Positions 1 to 8,380 of a stretch of DNA of 64,000 nt are shown here, in pieces. This DNA is from Candidatus Parcubacteria bacterium (lineage in GTDB: Bacteria; Patescibacteriota; Minisyncoccia; Phycocordibacterales; JAKFXT01). The notes under the pieces are model-generated. The model ran no database searches. It saw nothing but the letters and a program-made list of their open reading frames with translations, and had not been told where the DNA came from. Where the stretch lies: NCBI GenBank assembly GCA_021414235.1, contig JAIOOV010000004.1:36250-100249 (forward strand), written 5' to 3'. Position 1 is the first letter of the stretch, and every line of letters starts with the position of its first letter. The position numbers were made by a program, and so were the translations under genes.

Positions 1-567
1 GAAGACCACGCGCACCTTGTCACCCTTACCACGGATAGCCATTTCATCCTTAGAGAGATCGATATCTGCATGAAGGGAACAGAGCTCGGAGACACGGAGA
101 CCCGTAGAGAAGAAGAGCTCTAAGATGGCGCGGTCGCGGAGTGCCTTCACGCTGTCGCCCGAAGGCGCCTTCATCAGACGATTCAGCTCTTCTACGGAGA
201 TGAGGTCAAGGGAGCGCTCGGGAACCTTGGCGAGCTCGATGCGCTCGGGGGCCAGGGAAGTGACCCCGCGTCGCATCAGATACTTAAGGAAGGAACGGAG
301 GGCGATGAGGTAATAGTTCTGTGTCTTCTTCTTGAGCGTATCGCGAGATGAGCGCCCCGCCTTGGCGTGCGGCTCAGCAGGGAGCCGGTTGAGCCAGAGG
401 CGATACTCGCGAAGAGTCTCATCAGTGATCTTCTTGGGATCATCTATCTTGGCGAAACCAAGGAACCGAGTGAGGTAGCGGTCGTAGTTTTCGACCGTCT
501 TGAGGCTCCGACCCTTCTCTATCTCTATATATTCTAGATATTGGCGCTTTAACTCAGAGAGCTTCAT
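1..567 (-). CDS. Tyrosine site-specific recombinase, XerC/XerD-like (partial; C-terminal part lies beyond window start)
   Basis: Minus-strand translation from ATG (plus 565-567): MKLSELKRQYLEYIEIEKGRSLKTVENYDRYL...LRVSELCSLHADIDLSKDEMAIRGKGDKVRVVF. This is the phage-integrase N-terminal core-binding region followed by the start of the catalytic domain (the RGKG...R motif region). Absent from the ORF track because it is truncated. Confidence 0.75.
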   Translation of the reverse strand, partial: MKLSELKRQYLEYIEIEKGRSLKTVENYDRYLTRFLGFAKIDDPKKITDETLREYRLWLNRLPAEPHAKAGRSSRDTLKKKTQNYYLIALRSFLKYLMRRGVTSLAPERIELAKVPERSLDLISVEELNRLMKAPSGDSVKALRDRAILELFFSTGLRVSELCSLHADIDLSKDEMAIRGKGDKVRVVF

Positions 568-923
568 ATGTCGCACAATTCTATCATCTATATAGACAAG
601 CAGGTGGGGGATTGTTACGGTTCTAAGAGGTGAGTACGCGGCACCTCATGCCAACCCAAGTGTTGGCCACGCGAGCGCGAGCTTGCAACCCGCTGCGTAA
701 GAAGGAAGGTGACGCTATCCGGATTGACCTTCCCGAAGCGGGGCGGCCGCAACCAGGCCACAGAGCCGTTCCTGCTTGGCACCAAGGGGCCGAGAGTTAG
801 CATCGACGCCCTGCCAGCTGGATTTAGGAAGCTATCCGCCCCGCCCCACCCCCAATCTTCGGAGAAGGGGTGTTTTATATACCGGGATTGCCAAAATAGG
901 CCTTTTCTGCTACTATTCCGTCA

Positions 924-1187
924 ATGCTTTCGAAGAAGAAAAAGGCAACTGTCATCGGGGAAAGCCGCATCCACCCTACGGATACGGGCTCTCCTGAGGT
1001 CCAGGTCTCCGTGCTCTCGAAGAAAATCGACGAGCTCGCCCTCCATCTCAAGAAGCACCCCAAGGACAAGCACTCCCGCCGCGGGCTCCTCGCCATGGTG
1101 GCAGACCGCCGCACCCACATGGGCTACCTCAAGAAGAAGAGCGAGAAGCGCTACAACGCCCTCGCCAAGAAACTCGAGCTCAAGTAA
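924..1187 (+). CDS. rpsO: 30S ribosomal protein S15
   Basis: 87 aa; HPTDTGSPEVQVSVLSKKIDELALHLKKHPKDKHSRRGLLAMV matches the S15 signature. Confidence 0.95.
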   Translation: MLSKKKKATVIGESRIHPTDTGSPEVQVSVLSKKIDELALHLKKHPKDKHSRRGLLAMVADRRTHMGYLKKKSEKRYNALAKKLELK

Positions 1188-1297
1188 GTCCGTCGACGCG
1201 GGAAGTCGTTTCTTTGATACAATACCCGTAACAGGGGAGTTTCCTCCGTTACAGCAGAGAGCATTTAATAATAGTTAGTACAGCAGTAATTCTTTTT

Positions 1298-1894
1298 ATG
1301 ACCGTCATAAAACACAGCAAGCAGCGCGTCGGTATGTTCATCGACACGCAAAACCTCTATCACAGCGCCAAGAACCTCTATCAGTCCAAAGTTAATTTCG
1401 GCCAAGTCGTGAAGGATGCGGTAGGGGATCGCGCCATCATCCGCGTGGTTGCCTACGTCATCACCACAGAATCAGGTGACGAGCGTAGCTTCTTTGAAGC
1501 CCTCAGCAAACTCGGCATCGAGACCAAGACTAAGGATCTCCAGATATTCTTCGGCGGCGCCAAGAAAGCCGACTGGGACGTAGGCCTCGCGGTCGACGCC
1601 ATCCGCCTCGCCTCCAAACTCGACACTGTTATCCTCGCCTCCGGCGACGGAGACTTTGTACCGCTCGTCGAATACCTTCAGCATATGGGCTGCCAGGTAG
1701 AAGTCGTTGCCTTCGGAAAATCCACTTCCTCCATGTTGAAGGAAGCCACCGATGACTTCCTCGATCTCTGCGACGATCCGCAGCGCTACCTCCTCTCGCC
1801 AGCACTCCGCCGCCGCGCGCCGGCAGCAGGACCCGCGACAACCGATCGTCGAGTGCGCAATGCTCCGGCACCTGCACCGCTCGAGAGGGAATAG
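1298..1894 (+). CDS. NYN-domain (LabA-like) protein, putative RNase
   Basis: N-terminal FIDTQNLYHSAK...VVAYV...LASGDGDF pattern typical of NYN/LabA. The C-terminal tail is low complexity. Confidence 0.65.
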   Translation: MTVIKHSKQRVGMFIDTQNLYHSAKNLYQSKVNFGQVVKDAVGDRAIIRVVAYVITTESGDERSFFEALSKLGIETKTKDLQIFFGGAKKADWDVGLAVDAIRLASKLDTVILASGDGDFVPLVEYLQHMGCQVEVVAFGKSTSSMLKEATDDFLDLCDDPQRYLLSPALRRRAPAAGPATTDRRVRNAPAPAPLERE

Positions 1895-1913
1895 GACGAG
1901 ATTCCAATCCAAT

Positions 1914-1948
1914 AAAAATACGCGCGGCTCACGCCGCGCGTATTTTTA
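1914..1948. terminator. Bidirectional rho-independent terminator hairpin
   Basis: aaaaATACGCGCGG-ctcacg-CCGCGCGTATtttt: perfect 10-bp stem flanked by A-run and T-run. Confidence 0.6.
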
Positions 1949-2244
1949 TATCTTCTGCATCATCTCTCACGACGCCATGGGTGACTGGGCGAATCCGTTA
2001 CACAAGAGAGAAACGGCTATGCATAAGGAGGACATCGGCGCGTTACCACAGTAAGACCGACCCGCGCCGCCACAGTGAAAGAGATGGTTCGCGAGCTTTC
2101 CTCTCACTTAAAGAGCGGAGCGCGAGTGATATAATGTGCGCAATGGATCCTGAGACTCCCGACAACAACCAAGTTCCTTCCACTCCACCCATCACCAATT
2201 CACTCCGCACCATCCGTACACTAAAAGGGGACGTGGAGGCTGGC

Positions 2245-3063
2245 ATGGCCCAAGGCAAGACGACCGTGGTCTCTATGGCCGCAGCGGAAACAGAACGACG
2301 CGCACGAGAAGCCACGTTCTTCGAGAATAAAGCGACGGAGCCCATGCGCAAGGCGAAGATTGTCGGCTTCTTTCTTCTCGCTCTCGGCACGATCGTCATC
2401 GCAGGTGGCCTCTTCTACTATTTTGTAAACAACCAAGCATCGGAAGATCCGCAGGCGCGCATCCTTCCGCCGGACTACATCTACAGCGAGCAGTTTCGTC
2501 TTCTCAACCTAAACAACGCTTCGGGCGATCAGGTGGTAACGGAACTCGGACGCGCACGACAAGAAACGACGGGACAGCTCGGCTCAATTGCAGCAATCAT
2601 TCCCATCGAAACAGGAAGCGGAGTATCGCGCGCGCTCACGGGCGACGAACTCCTGACACGACTCGACCCGCAGGCGCCGCAAGAAGTCACCCGCACCCTC
2701 CAAGGACCCTTCCTCTTCGGCGTGCATGTCTTCGACGGCAACCAGCCTTTCCTCATCTTGAAACCCGACGCGTACGAGACGTCATTCGCCGGGATGCTCG
2801 CGTGGGAGAGTTCTCTTCCGTTCCGTCTCGGACGCGCTCTCCGTCCCGCTGCAGATTGGACCAACGCTTCTTCCTCTCTCACTTCGGTCACCTGGAACGA
2901 TATGGTGATCAGCAACAAGGACGCACGAGTACTCCGCTCCAAAGAAGGGAAGACGCTGCTTCTCTACAGTTTCATCGATCGTTCCACCCTAGTGATCACT
3001 ACCAACGAACAGACCTTCGGTGAGATCGTCCGCCGCATCAGCCTGGTACGCGCGACGCAATAG
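2245..3063 (+). CDS. Hypothetical membrane-anchored protein
   Basis: Long ORF 1981-3063. A GGAGG RBS precedes ATG 2245 (MAQGKTT...). One TM segment (IVGFFLLALGTIVIAGGLFYYF). An extended -10 (TGATATAAT, 2125-2133) lies upstream; starts at 2134 or 2143 are also possible. Confidence 0.5.
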   Translation: MAQGKTTVVSMAAAETERRAREATFFENKATEPMRKAKIVGFFLLALGTIVIAGGLFYYFVNNQASEDPQARILPPDYIYSEQFRLLNLNNASGDQVVTELGRARQETTGQLGSIAAIIPIETGSGVSRALTGDELLTRLDPQAPQEVTRTLQGPFLFGVHVFDGNQPFLILKPDAYETSFAGMLAWESSLPFRLGRALRPAADWTNASSSLTSVTWNDMVISNKDARVLRSKEGKTLLLYSFIDRSTLVITTNEQTFGEIVRRISLVRATQ

Positions 3064-3105
3064 GGAATGGATTGCAGGAGCAAGATCGTTTGTTATCATT
3101 ACCCC

Positions 3106-3471
3106 ATGTCTATAGATACCGCACACTTCAAATCCGCACTCGAGAAAGAACTTGCCCTCGTCGAAGGAGAACTTCAGAGCGTCGGTCGTAAGAACCCGGA
3201 CAACGAGAAAGACTGGGAAGCCAAGCCTGCCGACTTTGAATCTCCTGCCGGAGATGACACCGTGGACCAGGCTGACGTCATCGAGGAGTTCGGTACTAAT
3301 GCTGGCATCGTGAAGCAGCTCGAGATCCGCTACAACGAAATTAAGGAAGCACTCAAGCGTATCGAGGAGGGAACCTACGGCGTCTGCCGCGTCAGCGGGG
3401 AACCTATAGAAGAGGCGAGGCTCGAAGCGAACCCTGCCGCAACCACGTGCATGGCTCACGTAGAGGAATAG
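3106..3471 (+). CDS. DksA/TraR-family C4 zinc-finger protein
   Basis: C-terminal CRVSGEPIEEARLEANPAATTC motif (CxxC...ARLEA...C) typical of DksA/TraR. The upstream ATG at 3067 is an alternative start. Confidence 0.65.
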   Translation: MSIDTAHFKSALEKELALVEGELQSVGRKNPDNEKDWEAKPADFESPAGDDTVDQADVIEEFGTNAGIVKQLEIRYNEIKEALKRIEEGTYGVCRVSGEPIEEARLEANPAATTCMAHVEE

Positions 3472-3497
3472 GGGAAGTTATACGAAACTTCTGAAGA

Positions 3498-3522
3498 GGC
3501 GCCCCGAGAGGGGCGTTTTTGG
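3498..3522 (+). terminator. Rho-independent terminator
   Basis: GGCGCCCC-gaga-GGGGCG followed by TTTTT. Confidence 0.6.
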
Positions 3523-3554
3523 TATGACCGATGGATCTCTCGATAGCTCGTACG

Positions 3555-3578
3555 AAAAAACCGCGCCTTCGCGCGGCT
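3555..3578 (-). terminator. Rho-independent terminator for the minus-strand M23 peptidase gene
   Basis: Plus strand aaaaaaCCGCGC-cttc-GCGCGG, which reads as hairpin plus T-run on the minus strand immediately after the stop at 3603. Confidence 0.6.
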
Positions 3579-3602
3579 CTTTCTTCCTTACATAAAAAAT
3601 CT

Positions 3603-4604
3603 CTAGAACGGATTCGCCGCGCCGCGAACCTCGAAGTGGAGGTGGGGACCGGTAGACTTGCCCGAGTTACCGACAGCGCCGATGACCTGACCCTTCTCCA
3701 CATACGCACCCTGGAAGACAAGGTTTGCGCTGAGGTGGGCGTAGAGGGTCTGCGTATTATTCGGATGCTTGATAACGACATAGCTGCCATAGCCGCCGTT
3801 GTAACCGTAGTTGCGGCTCACGATGACCTGACCACCGGCAGCAGCGTAGACAGAGGAACCGTAGGTAGCAGCGAGGTCCACTCCGTTGTAGCCATGGAGC
3901 CCCTGGCTGCGAACACCACTCTTGACCGGACGGGTGTAGTAGCCGGCAAGCGCGGGGCCGCTGCCTTTGATCTTCGGCTTCACGCCACTCGAAGCAGGCT
4001 TAGGAGCGGACACTTCGCCATCCGGGATCATGATGGTCTCGCCCACGACGAGCTTGGCGTCCTCGGAAAGCTCGTTGAACTGAGCTATTTCAGATATATC
4101 CCCCTTGTACTTCTTAGCGACGCTCTCCAAGGTGTCGCCCTTCACTATGGTGTGCTGCACGCCAGAAACGGGGAGAATGATGAGCTGGTCGCCTGCCTTC
4201 ACTGTGCGACTCTTAAGATCATTGGCCCACGTGATGGTGTTCACGGAGACTCCGAAAAGCTTGGCGATATCGGCTAAAGTGTCGCCTTCACGGACTACAT
4301 AGACGCTGATGTGGTCGGGGTTCACTTCGCGCTCCTCCACGTCGCGGATGGTGCCGGAAGGACCGTTCTCCGCAAGGAGGGCGCTGCCCACAATAGTGAT
4401 GTCGCCGCCGCCCTTGGCCGGATTCGGGTCCACATTCACCGCCGCCTGGAGAAGAGGCATGGTCTGGACGTTCATGGGCTTCTCCGGGACCACTACCACC
4501 TTGGGTTTATCAAAAAGAAGGGGAATGAGCGGGAAAAAGGCCGCCTCTGCCGGGAGAGGGAGGCCGGAAATGAAAAGGGCGGCGGCCAGGAAGGCGGTCG
4601 TCAC
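3603..4604 (-). CDS. LysM-domain peptidoglycan DD-metalloendopeptidase (M23 family), secreted
   Basis: Signal peptide; two LysM repeats (YVVREGDTLADIAKLFGVSVNTI; HTIVKGDTLESVAKKYKGDISEIAQFN). C-terminal M23 motifs HxGxD (LHGYNGVDLAA) and HLHFE. Confidence 0.9.
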   Translation of the reverse strand: MTTAFLAAALFISGLPLPAEAAFFPLIPLLFDKPKVVVVPEKPMNVQTMPLLQAAVNVDPNPAKGGGDITIVGSALLAENGPSGTIRDVEEREVNPDHISVYVVREGDTLADIAKLFGVSVNTITWANDLKSRTVKAGDQLIILPVSGVQHTIVKGDTLESVAKKYKGDISEIAQFNELSEDAKLVVGETIMIPDGEVSAPKPASSGVKPKIKGSGPALAGYYTRPVKSGVRSQGLHGYNGVDLAATYGSSVYAAAGGQVIVSRNYGYNGGYGSYVVIKHPNNTQTLYAHLSANLVFQGAYVEKGQVIGAVGNSGKSTGPHLHFEVRGAANPF

Positions 4605-4718
4605 TGTTCTATATGTCGTCCCGTAGGCCGCAAGGGAGGAAGTCGGGTGCGGACGGGAGTCCTGGGAGAGGGTCGAAATAGGTCTATTCTTAGGGGAATG
4701 CGCGGTCGTGCAATCGGT

Positions 4719-4744
4719 TTATATGGCTTAATAGAGCCATATAA
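4719..4744. promoter_or_regulatory. 26-bp perfect palindrome overlapping a TATAAT -10 element (candidate operator/promoter)
   Basis: TTATATGGCT-taatag-AGCCATATAA. The right arm runs into CATATAAT (4739-4746), about 115 bp upstream of the 4863 ORF and divergent from the M23 gene. Confidence 0.35.
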
Positions 4745-4862
4745 TAGGAATATCGTTCGTTCGGACCTATCCACTATACCCTCCCCCCAGGGTTAGTCAA
4801 TCGACAAAAAGACCCCCTGTGGATAAGCCCGAGATGAAGGTTTTTACCCTTTCAAAGGTACA

Positions 4863-7800
4863 ATGGAGTCACTTATGAAGCCTAAAGAGGTCTCGCCTCA
4901 GCCTGCTCCTCTCGAACTCATTCCGCATGGCGCCATCGCCAAGGGAAAGTACGAGGAAATGTTCCAGAGATTGAATAGGATAGAGGCAGAAACCGGCATC
5001 CACCCCGGAAACGAGGTCGTCGAGCTATGGAAGAAGGTTGATGAGAACAACGACAAGATCGAGGAACTCGACAAACAAGCACAAGAGAGCGAAGGTCAGC
5101 ACGAAATCAGCCAGGCTCTCCTGGAGATAGAGAGGTTGGGCAAGGAGAACGACACCTTGTTCCCTGAAGTACTACGAAGATACAAAACCCTCCTTGTCTC
5201 CAAAGGTATCGACACTGACGCAGTGTTCGAGCCGTATGAAAAAGGCCTGCTCACCCCCGGGGAGACGGGTGTGGCCCTAAAAAAGGAAAGGAAGGGGAGA
5301 GAGGAAGCAGCGACATCTCCAGAGGCGGCTATCGCTCAAGGGAGATTTCAAGAGATGCTCCAGCGAATAGATAATCTGGTCAAAGAAACCGAAGTACCAA
5401 CAGAAAGAGAAGCACTTCGTTTGTGGCTCGTCATCAATAAGAACAATGAAAAGATCAAGAGGTTATTCAGAGAAGCTGAAACCGACGGACCTTCACCTGA
5501 AACCGAAAGGAAGATCCTAGAGACAAGGAAGCTCGGGGAAGAGAATGATCTGCTTTTTGCTGATTTCCTAAAGGCATACGCAAACAGCCTTACGTCTGCG
5601 GGTATCGACCCTGAGACAGCATTCGGCCCTCGGGAGAAGGGAATCCTCGCCAGAGCCAACCAGGCTGAAGGGCAGGCTGTAGATGGACAGCCGGAGACCG
5701 GTATCCCGGCTCAAGCAGACCCCCAAGCTACAGCTGCGGTTGAAACCAAGCTTACCAGGCTCGAAACGACAAAAAGAAGCCTAGAAAAAGAAGAGGAGGC
5801 CGCTCCGGCTACCCGCGAAGAGATATATGCTCGTTACAAAGCGACCCTCAAGAAGCGCATGCGGGAGGAATCCGATGCGCGCGCAAAGAAGGGTTTCCTT
5901 AAGCAGCTAGGCGCAAGCGATAAAAAAATCTCTCAGAACGCAGAGGATACGAATGGCGTATCGGATCTCAAGAGGCAATATCTTGAGCAGACGGAAGAAT
6001 ATATACAAGAAGAGCGTCGTCGGATAAGGACAGAGGCGGAGGCGGCTGCAGGAGAGAACGATACGCTGTATTTTGAAAAGATTGCTCAAGAACAGGATAG
6101 GAGGGAGCAGAGCATCAGGGCCGCAGCCGCAGAAGATATGTATCGTGCGCGCATAGAAGCTCGGACCGAGATCCTTCCAACGAAAGCGCGGGAGACAGTT
6201 AGGAAGGGAGCTGAATCCTTCGCTCGCTTCAATAAGAAGCACCCGTCAGTCAAATATGTCGTGGGTGGAACTGCGATTTTTGCCGGAGCGGGAATAGCGA
6301 GCACTGTCGGCATCGCTCCTGCCCTGACTGCAGGCGTCTTCGCGACCCGGTGGGCTGGAGCCTCTCTGGCTATCTATCTCGGATTAGCTCCCAAGATGAT
6401 GGCACGGAGGGATAAGAAACGCGAAGCGGGGAAACAAACAGCGATAGAGGAGTACCGCCAAAAATTCCAAGAGAAGCTAGCCCTCCTGAAGACCCAAGAG
6501 GAAGTGGATGAAGCCTGGGAAGATCTCCAGAAGAAAGAGAAGTGGTACGACACCAAGACCAGGCTCCTCGGCATGAGAGACACCGCTCTTGCAAGCGCAG
6601 CTATCGGAGGCGGACTAACCGGCGGATTCAGCTGGTGGTTCTTCGGAGGAAACGGGGGAGTCGCAACAGAGGCAATCACAAGCACTGTTAACAACGTCCC
6701 GTCGACACCTGGTATTTCCCGTATTTCACACGAAGGGATGTTGGGAGGTGAGCCCACAGAGGCGCCGCCGCGTGCGACAGCAAATATCCCCGAGTCGCCA
6801 CGAAGAGCTCCGATCACCCGGGGGGTCGCTCCGACTATCACCGCTGATACTCCTAACCTGACCGCCGCATGGCAGGGGATTAATCCAGAGGGAATACTAG
6901 AGGAGCCGCGAGAAACCCCTGCTCCGTCGATACCGCCCTCACCAGACTCGGTCATCCGTAGTCCACGGCCAGAAAACATCGACGCTAACCCAGGAGAACC
7001 CCGTCCGAATGAGCCGCAATTCCCGGCACGTACGACAAGAGGAGTGGCTGGAGAATCCCCCGAACCCGGAATGGTGCCTCCGATCGTCCCGGAGAAGTCT
7101 GGCCCCATCATCCACAAGCTCGGCAAAGGGGAAGGAGTCATCAAGAGCCTCGAGCTCGAGGCCAAGAAGCTCGGCCTCTTCAAGAATCTGCCAGGCAAGG
7201 AAGCTCAGACTAATTTCATACAGAATCGCTACGCGATGATGAAGGGCTTCACTCCGGAGCAGCTGAAAGAAATTGCTACCCAGCCGAACGGAAGAGTAGC
7301 CGACCTCAATAACCTCAAAGCAGGGGAGCAGCTTAACCTTACGCGCTTCTTCGAGGACCAGACTTCCGTGGATAAAGGTTTGGCTAGAAGCGCCAGCCTC
7401 AGCCCAGAAGAGATCCGACAGATCGGGGAGAACAACAAAATTATTGCGGAAAGGGTCGCAGAGTGGAAAGAGATGAATCCTGGAAAGAGGATTGGGGACG
7501 CGAATATAGAGAACATGCTCAAACCGAAGGCTTCTCTGCCAGGCCTGGAGACCGGAGAAGTCCCGGGGGACACCGATCTCTTACCAGGCGTCGAAACAGA
7601 GCCGTCTTCTGCCTCCCTTGATAAGGAACCTGTCATCCTGGGGTCAGAAGTCCAAGCCGCCTACGCCAGCTATCTGGATCAGAAATTCCCCTCAAGATCA
7701 TTCTGGTCGTTCTTACCCTGGGATAAGAAAGGAGTTGATTCACTAGAATGGTCGCAGGCTCGCAACTTTAGCGCCCTAGAGGTCGACAAATTCAAAGGAG

Positions 7801-8030
7801 TGTACGGAGGCTCAGGAGGCAAGGACGGGGGCGCCTATTACGGGAAAGTCGGTCCAAGCATTCTCCGATCCCAAGATTTCTCTAAGATCCAAGAGGTCGT
7901 CGCGGAGCTCAAAGAACGCTCTGGTCTTGTTCCTGACAAGACAGAAACCGTCGAGGAGTTCGCGAAGCGAGCGGTCGAAGAGACCTTCCTTAACGCGCTG
8001 CCGGGCAAACCTACTTATTACACATCATGA
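4863..8030 (+). CDS. Large (1055 aa) hypothetical coiled-coil membrane protein with internal tandem domain duplication
   Basis: A single uninterrupted 3.2-kb ORF. The N-terminal third is E/K/R-rich coiled coil with a duplicated ~105-aa module. Hydrophobic TM segments sit in the middle (VVGGTAIFAGAGIASTVGIAPALTAGVFA; AIGGGLTGGFSWWFFGG). The C-terminal half is Pro-rich and may be extracellular. Alternative start ATG 4875 has GGAG 9 nt upstream. Confidence 0.65.
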   Translation: MESLMKPKEVSPQPAPLELIPHGAIAKGKYEEMFQRLNRIEAETGIHPGNEVVELWKKVDENNDKIEELDKQAQESEGQHEISQALLEIERLGKENDTLFPEVLRRYKTLLVSKGIDTDAVFEPYEKGLLTPGETGVALKKERKGREEAATSPEAAIAQGRFQEMLQRIDNLVKETEVPTEREALRLWLVINKNNEKIKRLFREAETDGPSPETERKILETRKLGEENDLLFADFLKAYANSLTSAGIDPETAFGPREKGILARANQAEGQAVDGQPETGIPAQADPQATAAVETKLTRLETTKRSLEKEEEAAPATREEIYARYKATLKKRMREESDARAKKGFLKQLGASDKKISQNAEDTNGVSDLKRQYLEQTEEYIQEERRRIRTEAEAAAGENDTLYFEKIAQEQDRREQSIRAAAAEDMYRARIEARTEILPTKARETVRKGAESFARFNKKHPSVKYVVGGTAIFAGAGIASTVGIAPALTAGVFATRWAGASLAIYLGLAPKMMARRDKKREAGKQTAIEEYRQKFQEKLALLKTQEEVDEAWEDLQKKEKWYDTKTRLLGMRDTALASAAIGGGLTGGFSWWFFGGNGGVATEAITSTVNNVPSTPGISRISHEGMLGGEPTEAPPRATANIPESPRRAPITRGVAPTITADTPNLTAAWQGINPEGILEEPRETPAPSIPPSPDSVIRSPRPENIDANPGEPRPNEPQFPARTTRGVAGESPEPGMVPPIVPEKSGPIIHKLGKGEGVIKSLELEAKKLGLFKNLPGKEAQTNFIQNRYAMMKGFTPEQLKEIATQPNGRVADLNNLKAGEQLNLTRFFEDQTSVDKGLARSASLSPEEIRQIGENNKIIAERVAEWKEMNPGKRIGDANIENMLKPKASLPGLETGEVPGDTDLLPGVETEPSSASLDKEPVILGSEVQAAYASYLDQKFPSRSFWSFLPWDKKGVDSLEWSQARNFSALEVDKFKGVYGGSGGKDGGAYYGKVGPSILRSQDFSKIQEVVAELKERSGLVPDKTETVEEFAKRAVEETFLNALPGKPTYYTS

Positions 8031-8341
8031 TCGCTGCTATTAAAAAAGACCTCCTGAAGAGCCTCGGCATCGACAAGCTCACCTCGGCGGAACAAGAGAA
8101 CATCCTTGAGCGCATCAGCAATCTCATATTCCAAGGAGTGCTCACTCGCGCCATGCAGGAGCTTTCCATCGAAGAACGCGCGACGCTCGATAAGGTGCTG
8201 AAAGCACAAGAGAAAGACCCTGACTCAGACACCCTCTACCTCTACCTCAAAGAAAAAATCCCGCATCTCGACGAAGTAGTGGAGGAAGAGATAGAGGAAT
8301 TCAAAGAAGAATTCATCGGCACCATGAAAGCCCTCTCCTGA
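8027..8341 (+). CDS. Small acidic hypothetical protein, translationally coupled to the upstream large ORF
   Basis: ATGA start/stop overlap at 8027-8030; 104 aa, E/D-rich. Confidence 0.5.
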   Translation: MIAAIKKDLLKSLGIDKLTSAEQENILERISNLIFQGVLTRAMQELSIEERATLDKVLKAQEKDPDSDTLYLYLKEKIPHLDEVVEEEIEEFKEEFIGTMKALS

Positions 8342-8380
8342 GCAAAACATCGTAAAGGGGCACTGTGATAGACTCTGCAA

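Noticed and set aside
1-567. Phage/ICE integrase marking a prophage boundary
   Set aside because: The N-terminal sequence and motif order fit chromosomal XerC/XerD-type recombinases. No phage genes or att-like direct repeats adjoin it, and the adjacent rpsO and NYN-domain genes are ordinary cellular genes.
603-853. RNase P RNA or tmRNA assignment for the GC-rich spacer (and for 31044-31345)
   Set aside because: Universal RNase P motifs (GGAAAGUCCGGGC, ACAGAACCCGGCUUA) and the tmRNA tRNA-like 3' end/tag ORF are absent on both strands. Left as unassigned candidate ncRNAs.
3531-4277. 248-aa plus-strand ORF
   Set aside because: Antisense to the LysM/M23 peptidase gene (3603-4604), which has clear domain signatures. 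No start context.
6374-7198. 274-aa minus-strand ORF (and others at 5348-5659, 5907-6313, 7229-7636)
   Set aside because: All embedded antisense within the single 3.2-kb plus-strand ORF 4863-8030. Their translations are Ser/Pro/Arg-rich noise.
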